Shown here: positions 49,195 through 63,227 of the stretch, piece by piece | Position numbering within the stretch: position 1 is the stretch's first letter | Layout of the letters: each line of letters starts with the position of its first letter | Origin: Macrostomum lignano | Taxonomy: Eukaryota | Direction of reading: 5' to 3' | DNA length: 64,000 bases | Assembly: GCA_002269645.1 (NCBI GenBank) | Contig: NIVC01000838.1 | Location: 371,408-435,407 of the forward strand | Translations under genes and position numbers: made by a program | The notes under the pieces: model-generated | What the model saw: only the letters and a program-made list of their open reading frames with translations | Databases searched by the model: none | What the model was told of the DNA's origin: nothing

Positions 49195-49790
49195 AGTCAG
49201 TTGTCTTACAGTCAGTTGTCTTACAGTCAGTTGTCTTACAGTCAGTTGTCTTACAGTCAGTTGTCTTACAGTCAGTTGTCTTACAGTCAGTTGTCTTACA
49301 GTCAGTTGTCTTACAGTCAGTTGTCTTACAGTCAGTTGTCTTACAGTCAGTTGTCTTACAGTCAGTTGTCTTACAGTCAGTTGTCTTACAGTCAGTTGTC
49401 TTACAGTCAGTTGTCTTACAGTCAGTTGTCTTACAGTCAGTTGTCTTACAGTCAGTTGTCTTACAGTCAGTTGTCTTACAGTCAGTTGTCTTACAGTCAG
49501 TTGTCTTACAGTCAGTTGTCTTACAGTCAGTTGTCTTACAGTCAGTTGTCTTACAGTCAGTTGTCTTACAGTCAGTTGTCTTACAGTCAGTTGTCTTACA
49601 GTCAGTTGTCTTACAGTCAGTTGTCTTACAGTCAGTTGTCTTACAGTCAGTTGTCTTGCAGTCAGTTGTCTTACAGTCAGTTGTCTTACAGTCAGTTGTC
49701 TTACAGTCAGTTGTCCTGCAGTCAGTTGTCTTACAGTCAGTTGTCTGACAGTCAGTTGTCTTACAGTCAGTTGTCTTACAGTCAGTTGTC
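49195..49790. repeat. Highly homogeneous 15-bp minisatellite (CAGTCAGTTGTCTTA), about 40 copies
   Basis: Direct reading; explains the TTDCK and SYSQL ORFs. Confidence 0.97.
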
Positions 49791-50220
49791 ACAGGCAATT
49801 GCCGTAGAACCGTCATGGACAGCTGAATTAGGACGCTGCGCTAGATTTTCTTAGAAATTATCTGGAGGCTTGGTAATAAGATCGTATCGCTGGCGCATTT
49901 ACACGCTTTTCCAGCCAATTTTAATCAGAGTCGTATTCTGTTTAGGAAAAGAATACATTCAATTTCTCAGTTCTATAGTTATCAAGCCATGTTATCCAAG
50001 CCATGTTCACATCACATGGCTTGGACCACAATACGCCAGGGCCACAGCGCTACAACCCTATGGCCAGACCGCCGCCAAACATTGACAACGCCAATATTGC
50101 CAGTGTGTCTGCTAGCCAGTCAACATTGTCAGTCAGTCAGCATTCTGACACCTCGGCGCCCTGGTGATGAACCCGACTGGAGGAACCAGGCCTGGCGCAC
50201 GTAGCAACTCAGCTGCAGGA

Positions 50221-51070
<850 letters not shown>

Positions 51071-51364
51071 AACTATCGAGATTCACTGAAAAGCCTCAAG
51101 CTACAGATATAAATCTATTTTCCTAAAAAGCCCCCCTCCACGGTCAGACACTTCTCCATGTGATATCGTCATCTCGCCAGATCGTTCGCGTAGAATGCTG
51201 GGGTCCGCGCTTTCTTGGCAGCCTCTTTGCTGTCATATCGAACCCCCTTGGTTTCTTTCTTCAATTTTGGGGGTCGTTTCACAACCCCCCAAGCTCAATC
51301 ATATAAACCATTTTATTAGAGCTTGTCGCACAAAATATCAGTTTTCAAGCAAAGCTGCAAGTCG

Positions 51365-53142
51365 TCAAACATCTTGACTTTCACGGAGACAGTCAAGCCG
51401 GGATGCGGTCAGCTCAATAACAATTAGAGCCACGACAAGAAGGGCCAGGACGCTCATAAACAGCACAAAGAAGCATCTGTCGGCGGCCAGAGCCACAATA
51501 CGCCATTCGTTACACCGATCGGACTCGGCCGCGCGATTTGCGTCCGCAACTCGTTCGGATCGATCTGAATTTGGCTGGGAATTCCCGACTTGGGCCTGCA
51601 AATGGCCAGAGCGGGATTTTTCTAAAGCATGTGGGGCCTTTTTGAATGAGTTAAAATGCTTGTCGAGAGTCACTCTCACGCAGTTTCCAATTTGCCCTTC
51701 AGGACGAATCGATTGAGAAAGAGCGCCCGAACGGCTTTGTTGTCCACGAGAGTGTCGGCTTGCTGTCGCAGATGGCAGCCCAGAACGAAAACGTTGCCGA
51801 GTACGTTCGCCATTGTCATGACAACAGCCAGGCTGTAGTAACCCGCTGTAGTCGGAGACAGTTATGGTTAATAAAGAAAAAAATAATGAAAATTGTAAAC
51901 GAAATGACACTCACTAAGCAGGGGAACGGACTCGCTCTGAGTTGGAGTATAGTTGCCAGAGAGCTGCAGGAACACGCACATGGACAGCACAATGGTGACG
52001 CTGAATGACACTCGCTCACCGCACTCTGGCGGCAGTCGGAAGGTGAGAGCGGAGATGGCGAGCAGCAAGATGCTGGGCAGGATGAGGTTCACCAAATAGA
52101 ATGTAGATCTTCTCTACAATACAACCAGATCACTCGTTAATTAATTAATTTTGAATCGAACCAACTACCTTGACCCACTAGTTATTAACCGCAGAGGCAA
52201 CTCTGAGTTAGCACTATACCTGAAATGTGACACTGAACTCAATGTAGGCGTAGGTAGTCATGTCCCTCATTCTGTTGCTCATCCGGAGCAGACAGTACTC
52301 GTTGCTCTCTGTGAGAAACGTCGTCACAGTGTCGCTTGGATTTAGTGAACCAATTTGCAGAGCGACGCTCTCGGTGATCATGATGTTGGCCAGCTTCAGG
52401 ACGCAAGTCTGCCTGTCGTACGGGAAGTTCAGCAGCTTTAGCTGACACTTCGAGGTTACATTGACTTCGACTATTTGGTGCACTCTACCGTTGCTGAAAA
52501 CCTTTGCGGGCGATTTACCGGCGGTCAAGTCCTTAACTTCTATGCTGGAATGGCAGCGGAACGCGTGTCGATAATTTATAAAAAGATAAAACTTTGTAAT
52601 GGATTAGAGTTGTCTTACACGTCATAAAATGTGACATCCGGTTGCCAGATCATATTCACGGGAACAATTATGCTTTTCACCTGGTCATAGCTGGAATTAA
52701 ATTTTCCAAGCCACGATAACCGTTGGTCTATCCAGTTCTGAAGTGTAATAAACTTGAAAATTAAACTAATAACTTCTCATACATTAGATAAAAACTATAA
52801 AACTAATTGTGAAATTGTCAAACCATCGATAGCCAAAGTTGCTGAGTCAGATGCTGCGCCGTTGAGTCCTGAAGAGTAAAAGTTTTGAATAACCAGATCG
52901 CGTGAATGACAAATTGATTGACGCTGTCTCACCATTTTGACCAGGCTCGCAAACAGGACAAAAGCGTTGATTAGGTTGGCGGTGCCATTGTCAGGGGGCG
53001 GCCGGGCTCCAGCTACGTAGACTCCGCCCGAGGTCAATCCGAGACCACGCATCAAAACTTCGTCCGGCGAAGGCGCGAACCCATCTGTCAGGTTGCAGGT
53101 GCAGCAGAGAGCCAGAGGGAAAATCACTGGGATGACGCGCAT
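51365..53142 (-). CDS. Cys-loop ligand-gated ion channel subunit A (nAChR-like, non-alpha, cation-type); one frame break in the M3-M4 loop
   Basis: Exons 52933-53142, 52824-52868 (45 nt), 52619-52737 (W.D.RL.W..IWQPD), 52220-52544 (CQLKLLNFPYDRQTC), 51915-52113 (M1-M2, [13 protein letters not shown]) and 51365-51845 (M3, M4 ADRCFF; -1 break near 51690, or an extra short intron plus a break). Confidence 0.88.
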
Positions 53143-53600
53143 CGCAGTAATGAATCGACTGGTCAGGATTGGCAGCTTAAAGAGTCCGCCCGCTGTCTGC
53201 TTTTAGTTCAACTAAATGGGCTTATTTGCCACCAGTCTGGGGAGAGGCAAGCATATTTACACGGCTAAAGTTTGATGAAAATGGCCACCTGACTTAATAA
53301 GCGAACCAATGGCTTGCATTGTAGTCCGGGTTTCGACCGGTACCGCGGTTTCCACTTCCAATAGACCAGCTGGTGAGCTAGGCTATAGAGGCTCACATTA
53401 AATGACAGTTATTTGCTGAAACAGTTTTGCAGGTTTCTCCGAAGTGAAGAGTAACTACGAGCGTATTGACTCAGTAGCAGCTTCACTTGCATGTAGAGCA
53501 GCGCCAACCATAGAAACGAATTATTCATATTGCGTACTGCATAAATTTCCACAAAAGTGGAAATGACATAACACAGCATGTAAAGTATTGCGTTCGAGTT

Positions 53601-53962
53601 GGGGGGCCGTAGCCCAGCGGTAGCGCAGCTGCTCTGGTGTGCCAGCGACCCAGGCTCGATTCCAAGTGCAGTCACATTAATTTGGGGCTGAATTGGAATC
53701 TCGGCTTGGCTCTGCTCGTGCAATTAACGGCCTTGAGAGCCAACCCCCCAAGGCGCAGTGAAGTGTACATGCCTAACGATAATATAAAGTTAGGGCCGCT
53801 GTACACTCCTGTGTGAGTGTGTGCCTGCGTACGTATCCGCGCGCTTGTATGCCTGCTCAGGGGAGTCGACGGAATGGACAGTAATGCCTCTCGCCGGTTG
53901 TGTGCCTATGTCGCTTAAAGTGCGCCAGGGTGCACATAACCCCCATGCCTCTAATAAAAAAA
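53601..53962 (+). mobile_element. Full-length tRNA-derived SINE
   Basis: tRNA-like head with box A TAGCCCAGCGG (53610) and box B GGCTCGATTCC (53653); body matches 32410-32737; A-rich end. Confidence 0.85.
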
Positions 53963-54059
53963 TTGCGGTCGAGTTGCCACACTATGAAGTTATAAAGTGA
54001 AACGAGGGATATATGGAAACAGTTTGCAAGAGTTATGAGGCATATTGAACAGCAGAATA

Positions 54060-54397
54060 GAATCAACCATGGACAACAACACTAGTACAACCTCTGTCTT
54101 CATGTCTTCAATCGGCACATTGCACTCGATTTTCAACTCTTGAAGCCAACGGTTACACACTCCAACGGCCCACTTGTTTCGCTTAAGAGTATTCGGCGAC
54201 TTTGTGTTCAGGTTCAGATCTCTAATGTTGTCCAAGTTGCCGCGATTAACATTCTGATCACGCTGATCTAGCCCTTCTGCCGAAAGCTGATTAGGGTCGT
54301 AGTCTCCAGCGAAGTCTTCACTGAAGTCAACTTCAGTTGGTTTAAAATATAACTTTCTTCCATTTTTCCTTGCCAGTAAGCTTAGACTTTGCTTCAA
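54060..54397 (-). mobile_element. Probable Crypton/DUF3504-type tyrosine-recombinase N-terminal fragment
   Basis: KSPNTLKRNKWAVGVCNRWLQE..IEDM resembles the NT.R.T.WAV..F..W motif at the start of Crypton integrase domains; no catalytic part is present. Confidence 0.45.
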
Positions 54398-54829
54398 GAT
54401 CAGTCATGGGTTAAAGCCGAGTTAAAGGAGAGGGAGACAGACTAAACAATGCGAATCTCTTTTATGTCTATGGTCTCATGTCTTTTCTATCTTCTCAATT
54501 AAATACCGTCTTTTCACGTCCAGTAAAATCAAGTTGAAATGTATTCCGATAACTCCCACAAAATGAAAGTGGTTTAAAATAATATGTGTGCCATACGTGT
54601 AGTTTTGAGGTTGGTATGAATTTCAGTCCCGAGAGCCGGCCGAAACCTCTCGGAAAATGGACTTCAACATGGTTTAATGGGAGCTTGTAGAGGCGCCACT
54701 AGAGAGTAATTCGACACCAAAATTAGTTCCATTAATATTTCGGATAGTATAGAATTTTTTAGAAAAAAACTAAAACAATTGAAAACTGCGTATTCTGATG
54801 TTGCCTTTTTGATTGTTAAATCTTTAATT

Positions 54830-55022
54830 GACTTGATTTAGCTTCAGGAGGTTCCGGGCATCCGGGTACAGTGGGGAGGCGTCGCCGACCATTTTGCTAA
54901 CCCCTGGCGACCACGGGCAGCTAGTGCTGCGGTGTCGCGCAGGGAGATCCGGTGGTGCCGGTGTCCGCAGCGCAGTCCCCCTCCCGAGAGTCCAGAAGGT
55001 GGATGGTCGCTCACCCGGTAGC
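54830..55022 (-). mobile_element. Short copy of the 3'UTR of the LINE at 56780-57296
   Basis: The reverse complement aligns with 57097-57290 over about 190 nt. Confidence 0.8.
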
Positions 55023-55164
55023 TCTAGTTAGCAGACTAACTAGACTAACTAGTAATCAAACACTGACTGCGCTTAGTCAGACCCTAATCAGACCTTAGTT
55101 ATGACCATCAGTAAGTACGAGTAAAGTTGTAAAGATAGGCTTGTATGCACTTATGGATGGATGC

Positions 55165-58100
55165 TTAGGCACCCAGACAATCGCTCCTGGAGACGGAGGT
55201 TTCAACAACTAGGAGGGCGATGGCGAGAGACATTGTGGCAGCCAGCATGACCAGGAAGAAGCAGCTGTCTGCCGCAGATGCCACGATCGCGAATTCGTTT
55301 TCCAAAACTCCCCGATCGTCCGGAGTTGGCCCGACAGTTTTTCTGTCGTTGCTGATTCCGCAGAGCGCCAGCCGGTTGAGAAACAGCAGGCGAATGGCTC
55401 GGCTTTGAACGCGCGACTCGCTGAACTGTCGATAATGACAGCTCAGGACGAAAGCGTTGCCAACTACGGTTAGAATTGTCATGGCAACCGCCATGCTGTA
55501 GTAACAGGCTGCAATTGTTTAATTGTGGTTGTGAATACATGCGTCCATGACATACATCAGGGGTCGACAAACTCCTGACCGCAAAGCCTCTCTATCCGGC
55601 CCTCGGATCCTTTGAAACTTCACAATGCCTCCGGCTCGCTCAAGGTTTGTCTCTTCTCTTCTCTCTCTATTTTTCTCCACTTTACTCTACTCCACTCTAC
55701 TCTACTCTACTCTACTCTACTCTACTCCACTCCACTCCACTCCACTCCACTCCACTCCACTCCACTCCACTCCACTCCACTCCACTCCACTCCATTCCTC
55801 TCCTCTCCTCTCTTCTCCTCTACTCTCCCCTACTCTCGTCTCCTCTCCTTCTCTTCTCTCTTCTCCACTCCTCTCTCCTCTCTTCCTCGCTCCTGCCATG
55901 CGCTAGATTCTCTATCTGGCCTTTGAGAATAAAAGTGTACCGACCCCTAGCATAAATGGAACAGTAAGCTGTAAAATACCAGCACGCTTACTAAGCAGGG
56001 GAACGGACTCGCTCTGAGTTGGAGTGTAGTTGCCAGTGAGCTGCAGAAACACGCACATTGACAGCACAATGGTGACGCTGAACGAGACTCGCTCGCCGCA
56101 CTCTGGTGGCAGTCGAAAGGTGAGAGCGGAGATGGCGAGCAGCAGAATGCTGGGCAGGATGAGGTTCACTACGTAAAACTTGGACATGCGCTGTTGATAA
56201 AAAGTGAATTCTGTTTTATGCTTGGCTTCTGTCGTGAGAGCTTTCTTAAATAATCCAACCTGAGCAATATGGAAGAGCAAACTTGACAGCAAACAGAATC
56301 AAAAGTCTCCGGCAAACTTACCTGAAAGCTCACTAAAAACTCAGCGTACTCGTAGCCCACAGCTGGCACTATACGGAGACTCAAATTCGCAATGCAAAAT
56401 TCATTGCTCTTGACCAGAAACTCGACCAGCGCTTCGTCCAGAGCTTTTCCGCGCGGCTCAACATTCAGCTTGATCTTCTCCGGTCGCTGCATCATCGTGG
56501 CCGCTTTGATGATGCAGACCTGCTTATCGTACGGAAAGTGCAGCATTGACATTCCGCACTTCAGAGTCACTACTTGACCAACTGTGCGCAGGACTTTGCC
56601 GCTGCGTTCCAACAGCGCTGGCGCGACTGCAGCGGTGATGTCTTTCACCTCCATTCTGCGCGGTTCGGTAGGTGCAAAAGGGTGGGAGCGAAATATGAAA
56701 ATGACTCTTTTGGTGACTATTTGTAGATACTAAAATCGATCACCCCCCACACACACGTGTGTCGTTGTCACCACTCGGATCAACCAGTGGGTGGCTTTTA
56801 AGCACCGGGAGAGGTGGGCTAACGCCCACGACTGCCGGCAATCCCGCGCGGTTGTCCCCTGTCCTTCCTCAGCCCTGTGCAGGGCCCTGCTTGGACTCAA
56901 CCGCAGGGACATCAGGGCGGTGACCACCTCTCGGGACATGGCTGTTTTGCCAGGCATCGCCACCTCCAGGGAAAAATCAGCGGTGAAGAATGTCCATTCT
57001 GCATCTCGGCCCAAACCCGGACATCTCCAATGTTTTCTCCTCTCGGACATCTCGGACATCTCGGACATCTCCTCTGCCAGCTCGTCCGCTACCTAAGGGC
57101 TACCGGGGGGGGGGGTGACAATCCACCTCCTGGACTCTCCGGAGGGGGACCGCTCTGCGGACACCGGCACCTCCGGAACTCTGCGCGACACCGCAGCACT
57201 AGCTGCCCGTGGTCGCCAGGGGTTAGCGAAATTGGCGGCAACACCTGCATCCGGATGCACGGAGCCCCCTGCAGCTGAGTCTAAGTCTAAGTCTAATGGA
57301 GGCGTGGCGCAGAAGGATGGATAGGTGCATTCGACTTAAGCGAGATTACGTTGTGTCCGAGGCGCACGCACAGACTTATCAAGCTAGCTTTCCGTGTGAA
57401 ATGCTACTAAAATAGCTAGCTGAGATAGGCATTTTCCAAACGCATTATGTGTTGTACTCGTAAGACACACGAACTCGAATGGTATCTCGAACAAATCTTC
57501 AAGTTTAGCCACATTTTGCCTAGTTCGAGCCTCGGGTAGAATTCACCACCGCTGTCGCCTCTGTGTCCTTGATTTCTTGATGTTGATCAGCGGTCAGTTC
57601 AACTAGACTCGATGTGTCGTGACTCTCTTGGTGTCTCTTGTCGAAAGCCCCCGGCCCTAGATCCAAGTCCGCTCCCCAGTTCGACTGGTGTTTGGTGAAA
57701 CCCCGAAAAACCCCGAAAGTCTCAAAAATTTGTCTATGGTTAGAATACGGGGGCTTCGCTCCCCCCACCCCAACGGACGCTAGCAGCCGAAACTATCTAT
57801 GGTAAAGATCGTACTACAAATATGTCTATGGCCTTTGGCAGCTATCAATATCGTCTGCCAATTCCTCCTCACACATCGTAGAACGCAACATCCGGCATCC
57901 AGATTCGTTCTACCGGCACCAGAATGTTGCTAGTTGAATTTGCGGTGGCATTGACTTTGTCCATCCATGACAGTCGGCTGTCAAGCCATTCCTGCAATGC
58001 AGTATAGACAGAGCTAGTATGAGAACATATATGACTGTTTTATTGTAAACTTATTCTCACCAGAGATAGCCATAGTTGCAGTATGATCTCTTGTGCAGAT

Positions 58101-59155
58101 GAGTCCTGAGAGTTGAAAAAAAATTATAATTCAATTAGGGAGAAGCAGGTAAGAGCAACCATGACTACAAATCTAACGCCGCTCAATATTAGGCCTTCGC
58201 CATGAATTGTACCTACGACAAAGTCAATCATCTGGAGTGACCTCACAGTATCATCAAATCGCATACGTTGTACCACTTTGCGATTGCCTCTCTGCGGCTA
58301 CTTCATCGGTACTGTAAAGCTTTGCTCGAACTTCATTTAGAAATAAAATCCGCTGTTCTGTCTAAGCCACTCACAGGTAAATGTGTCTGACTCTTGCGCT
58401 ACGACCCCTGGTTTAATTACGTATTTAATTACATTAATTTGGGGCTAAAATTTTACTGGGGTTGTCATGTGATTTACTCCCATGAGGGCCAACCACCAAC
58501 GCACAGAGAGTGTAAATGCCTGATGACTAGAAAGTCAGGGTCATGTGTGACAGCGTGTGCTCATGCCTGATGACTAGAAAGTCAGGGTCATGTGTGACAG
58601 TGTGTGCTCATGCCTGATGACTAGAAAGTCAGGGTCACGTGTGACAGTGTGTGCTCATGCCTGACGACTAGAAAGTCGGGGTCACGTGTTACAGTGTGTG
58701 CTCATGCCTGATGACTAGAAAGTCAGGGTCATGTGTGACAGTGTGTGCTCATGCCTGACGACTAGAAAGTCGGGGTCACGTGTGACAGCATGTGCTCATG
58801 CCTGACGACTAGAAAGTCAGGGTCAGCACTGGTACTTAGGACGATGTCGCGGAAAGCGAAGGCGTGGAGACGGTCCCTGCTGCAAAAATTCATCCATATA
58901 ATTCATAAAGCGTCATAGCAAGCGACGGTTTTTGCTCACCACCTTCACCAGGCTGTTTAGCTGAATAAACACTGTCACGATATTTGCCTGCCCGTTGTCA
59001 GGCGGTGGCCGAGCATCCCTGTTGTAGGAACCGTTGCGCAGACCCAGCAGGTGCATCGCCAGATCGTCGAATGAAGCTTTGTCAGACTGTGATGTCGACT
59101 GCGACGGGAGTGTGACGAAGCTAACGGCAAAAGTGATAATATGAAGAATGTTCAT
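55165..59155 (-). CDS. Cys-loop ligand-gated ion channel subunit B (nAChR-like, non-alpha, cation-type), 6 exons, 418 aa, intact
   Basis: Exons 58940-59155, 58061-58105, 57873-57991, 56322-56655 ([15 protein letters not shown]), 55992-56190 and 55165-55508; the phases add up to 1257 nt with no break; same exon structure as paralog A. Confidence 0.92.
55680..55890. repeat. Pentanucleotide microsatellite (CTCTA)n/(CTCCA)n
   Basis: Direct reading. Confidence 0.93.
56780..57296 (+). mobile_element. Non-LTR retrotransposon 3' fragment (LOA/I/R1-type C-terminal zinc-knuckle region)
   Basis: W...DCRQSR..P....[11 protein letters not shown], then frameshifted [16 protein letters not shown], a 3'UTR and an (AGTCTA)n tail; lies in intron 3 of channel B. 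Confidence 0.6.
58420..58827 (+). repeat. Diverged SINE-family fragment whose internal 47-bp segment is tandemly amplified about 6.5 times
   Basis: ACATTAATTTGGGGCT and TGAGGGCCAACC match the SINE body; unit ATGCCTGATGACTAGAAAGTCAGGGTCATGTGTGACAGTGTGTGCTC starts at 58516, 58563, 58610 and onward. Confidence 0.85.
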
Positions 59156-59969
59156 GTCTAGTTACGGCTAATGAATTTCTGGCTTTCAATTTCGTTGAGT
59201 TGGTGAGCCAAAAGCAGTTGGAAGCTGGCGAGAATGGGATAAAAGTAAAACGATTCTGTATTTGCTTACAGCTGAAACCTCTTCCCAACCAATATCCGCA
59301 AGTGGCATTTAGCATCCCTCATGAACCCACTGCAAACGGCTATGCCACATGCTAGGCAAATAATGGTTGGCAAACAGAGGTGAAACACTCCGCCGAGAGC
59401 TATGCTACCGGAGTAACACAGATCGGTAGACCGAGACAATCGAGGTTACCGGATCAAATTAGCTATTCAATCAGTTTCATTGTAACTTTTCAGCACTTCA
59501 GTCTTCAATTCAGTTCGGCTAAACCAGTTTGCCCTTCATTGGCCACATTGAAGAACGGAATGCAGCCCTGCTATCAAAATTTGCTGTGGCTGCTAAATTT
59601 CTAAGTTAGAAACAGTTGCCTGTTTGGATCGATTGCTGCAATATACACCCAGTAGTGTACAATGGAGGCACTTCAGCTTCTACTCGAAAGAAATCGAACT
59701 TGTTGACATTCCACACTTGACTGGTTTGGTTTCACCTCTTCTTTTTCAATTTTTCCCTGCGACTACTCGAAACATCCGTCTATATCGTCGGGAAGTGCAA
59801 CCGCCAACAAACGGAAATGAGACCGCCAAAACGATTGGCACTTGCGACTTGTTTTTGTTTTAGACTCGTTAGCAGTGTTGGACAGCGTTATTAAAAAAGT
59901 CTAATTCCGTTAGTGGGAAAAACGCGTTAGCGTTGAAATGAATAATAAGTAACTTCGTAACGGCATTAA

Positions 59970-60795
<826 letters not shown>

Positions 60796-60799
60796 CACC

Positions 60800-61105
60800 G
60801 ACAGTACGACTCGCCGCTGCTGATGTGGCCTGCAAGCTGGATTCGCCCACGGCGCAACAGATCGATTGGACGGACCGGGCTGGCGCGGCGATACAGTGCC
60901 TCGTTGGAAATTCGTCGCTTGTCGCAGATCTTGAAGGCGGTGCGCAGCATCCACTTGTTGCTTCAGCGAGTCCGTCAGCGTCCAGGTCTCAGCGTTGTAC
61001 AGCAGGACGGTCTCGACCACCGCCTGGAACAGCGCTGCCTCTGGCGGTCAGACAGGGCCTCGGACTGCAGGACTGCCCTCACGGAACGGAAGGCAGCCCA
61101 GGCAA
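60800..61105 (-). mobile_element. RTE-clade LINE fragment
   Basis: IAWAAFRSVRAVLQS..LFQAVVETVLLYNAETWTLT and a frameshifted RIQLAGH. Confidence 0.8.
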
Positions 61106-63227
61106 TGAATTTTAACCTCAATAATAATAATGGCTTCTTTAATCAGGGGTTGTTACCTAAATGATGAGATTTCTTCTTAGTGATAATAACTGGCAGACGG
61201 TACTTACTACTAGTCTACTTGTGAAGAAACAGTAGACTAATGTGAACACGATCGGTTGCATGAAAATTTCTAAATGCATGATGACAGGAAGCAGAGCAGT
61301 TCAGCGGTAAACGCCTCTGCGTCCGACTCTCCACACGACCCGGACACACATAAAGATTCGAGTATTCTGTTTGCTACATTTGATACCCAACGAAATCTTA
61401 CTTCTGCTTTGATCAATTTGCTTATATTTGTTTCAGATCTGGTACGTAAATGTAGAGTTGATGAATTCCGAGCAAATGGACTTGTATCCTGAAGAAACAG
61501 CTCAGGATTAAATATGATAATAGCCGCGGGAATAGATTTCTACCCCCCTACTTAGGTGAGCATTTGTCTAAGTCGATGCAAAGCTATTCGCCTTGAAGCA
61601 TCTATAATTCCTGCTTCATATGCAGTCTGTTAGCACTTTCTTAAACTTTTGCTGAGCTTCAAGTGAACTGAAACCCCCGCTTAGCTCCAACAGTTCTTTC
61701 TCTTGCTTTCAGCCTAGCTGAGCGCCAGCTTCCACTTTGCCTCCGACTCCCCAGCGCAGTGTCCAGCGTGTGCTTGAGTCGATTGCTCTCTGGCTATTTG
61801 AGCAAGCGGAACTCTCATGAATTGCCGATGAAACCTGTGCCACAATTTGCGGCTGAAGTGACGAGCCTGCAGAGCAAATATGCTGGCCGCAGAGACCAAT
61901 AGTGCTGGAACAGGCATCCCCAGAAAGGTCTCATTGAATTCAGCCTCTCCTATTCTTCCTTCGTTCTATGCAATTTTTAATTAACCAAAAAACCAACCAC
62001 TGCCACCTGTTGTTGTTGGGATCAAAATTAGAAAGGCGACGAGAGAGAGAGAGGGAGAGAGAGTTGAGAGATCTCAGGCGGTTGCGTGCCCGGCAGACTG
62101 GCTGACCGGGCACAGGAAGAGCCGAGAGCGAGGCCGGGCAGACGTCAGGAGACAGCCGCCCCCCCCCCTCAGGACGAAAAATGGGAATATTGGGAACTCT
62201 GAGTCTCTAAAATGCGAGTCTGAACTCCACCACCCCGGTGAAGTGAGGGGGGGGGCAGGCCCGCGTGAGTGAGGCTGGAGCAGATCCAAATACTACCGAG
62301 ATTGGCAGACAAGCCACCTGGTGATTTTAGCAAGTGCAAGTTGGGCCACCGAGCCATTGCTCTGGATGATCCAGCCTTTACTCACACATTGGAGAGAGCT
62401 GGGAGTCCAGCCGGGGCTTGGAGATGAAAAAAACCGCTCGCGCATCGAGATGGAGATTCGATGTCAATTTTTTTTTAAAGCGCAGAGCAAAGTGCAAGCA
62501 AACTAGACTCGAACTCAAAACTAAATAGAGCTGCTTCCGACATACAAGTACAGCGAAACATGAGCTCTGAGTGTCTTCTGCAGCTTAAAAAGGCACTGCG
62601 GAGAAATCCTCCGAGCTGTCACTCGCAACTGCAGGTGGGCCCGATACTTACGAGGTAGTTTTCCCATTTCTCCAGTTGTCCCATGGGGTTCGTCCACTCT
62701 CTGGCTGACAGCCCCCCCTGGCCGTGGGTTTTTTGGAGGATTTCTCCTCTGAAATTTACTCCCGCATTGCAACCTCGGCCTGAAACCTGATCTCTTATCG
62801 CCTGCTATTAATGTCCGCATCGGGCCCTACAGATCCATGCATAAATGGGCGCTAATTAGCATAAATTATCCGCCCTATCGTCGCCATCGAGGCGGAAATG
62901 AACGGCCGCAGGAAAGTCGCACACGAGGGCGAGAACGAACTGAGATTTGCTTGGCCAGCCGCTGAGAGATTCCATTGATGTTCAGCTTGTATTTTTACTG
63001 TGCGTCGGACAGCGGCGCACCTGCTTGGGTCTGTCAATTACGCAAAGAGATGAACGCGGGAGGGTTACATTTTGTGGCGTGTGGAGGGAGGCGGTGTTTT
63101 GAAGGGCTCGCAAGAGCGCTAAAAGACAGCAATTGCTTCTTTCTGTTTCTAAATCCTTAGTCAGGGAGAGAAAGAGAGTCGCTAGATGGAATCCCGGGTC
63201 ACTGGGTGCGCTCTCCTGGTTGTTCCG

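Noticed and set aside
53601-53680. tRNA gene
   Set aside because: Has A and B boxes but no complete cloverleaf or acceptor stem, and continues into a multi-copy body; it is a SINE head.
54880-54925. Helitron-like 3' end (hairpin plus CTAGT)
   Set aside because: The hairpin is weak and the motif is internal to a segment shared with the LINE 3'UTR at 57.1-57.3 kb.
58516-58827. CTGATGA...GAAA in each 47-bp unit, suggesting a satellite hammerhead ribozyme
   Set aside because: Only 3 nt separate the boxes, so no stem II can form. The bases are better explained by the CCTGAC/GTCAGG hairpin, and the motif is absent from other SINE copies.
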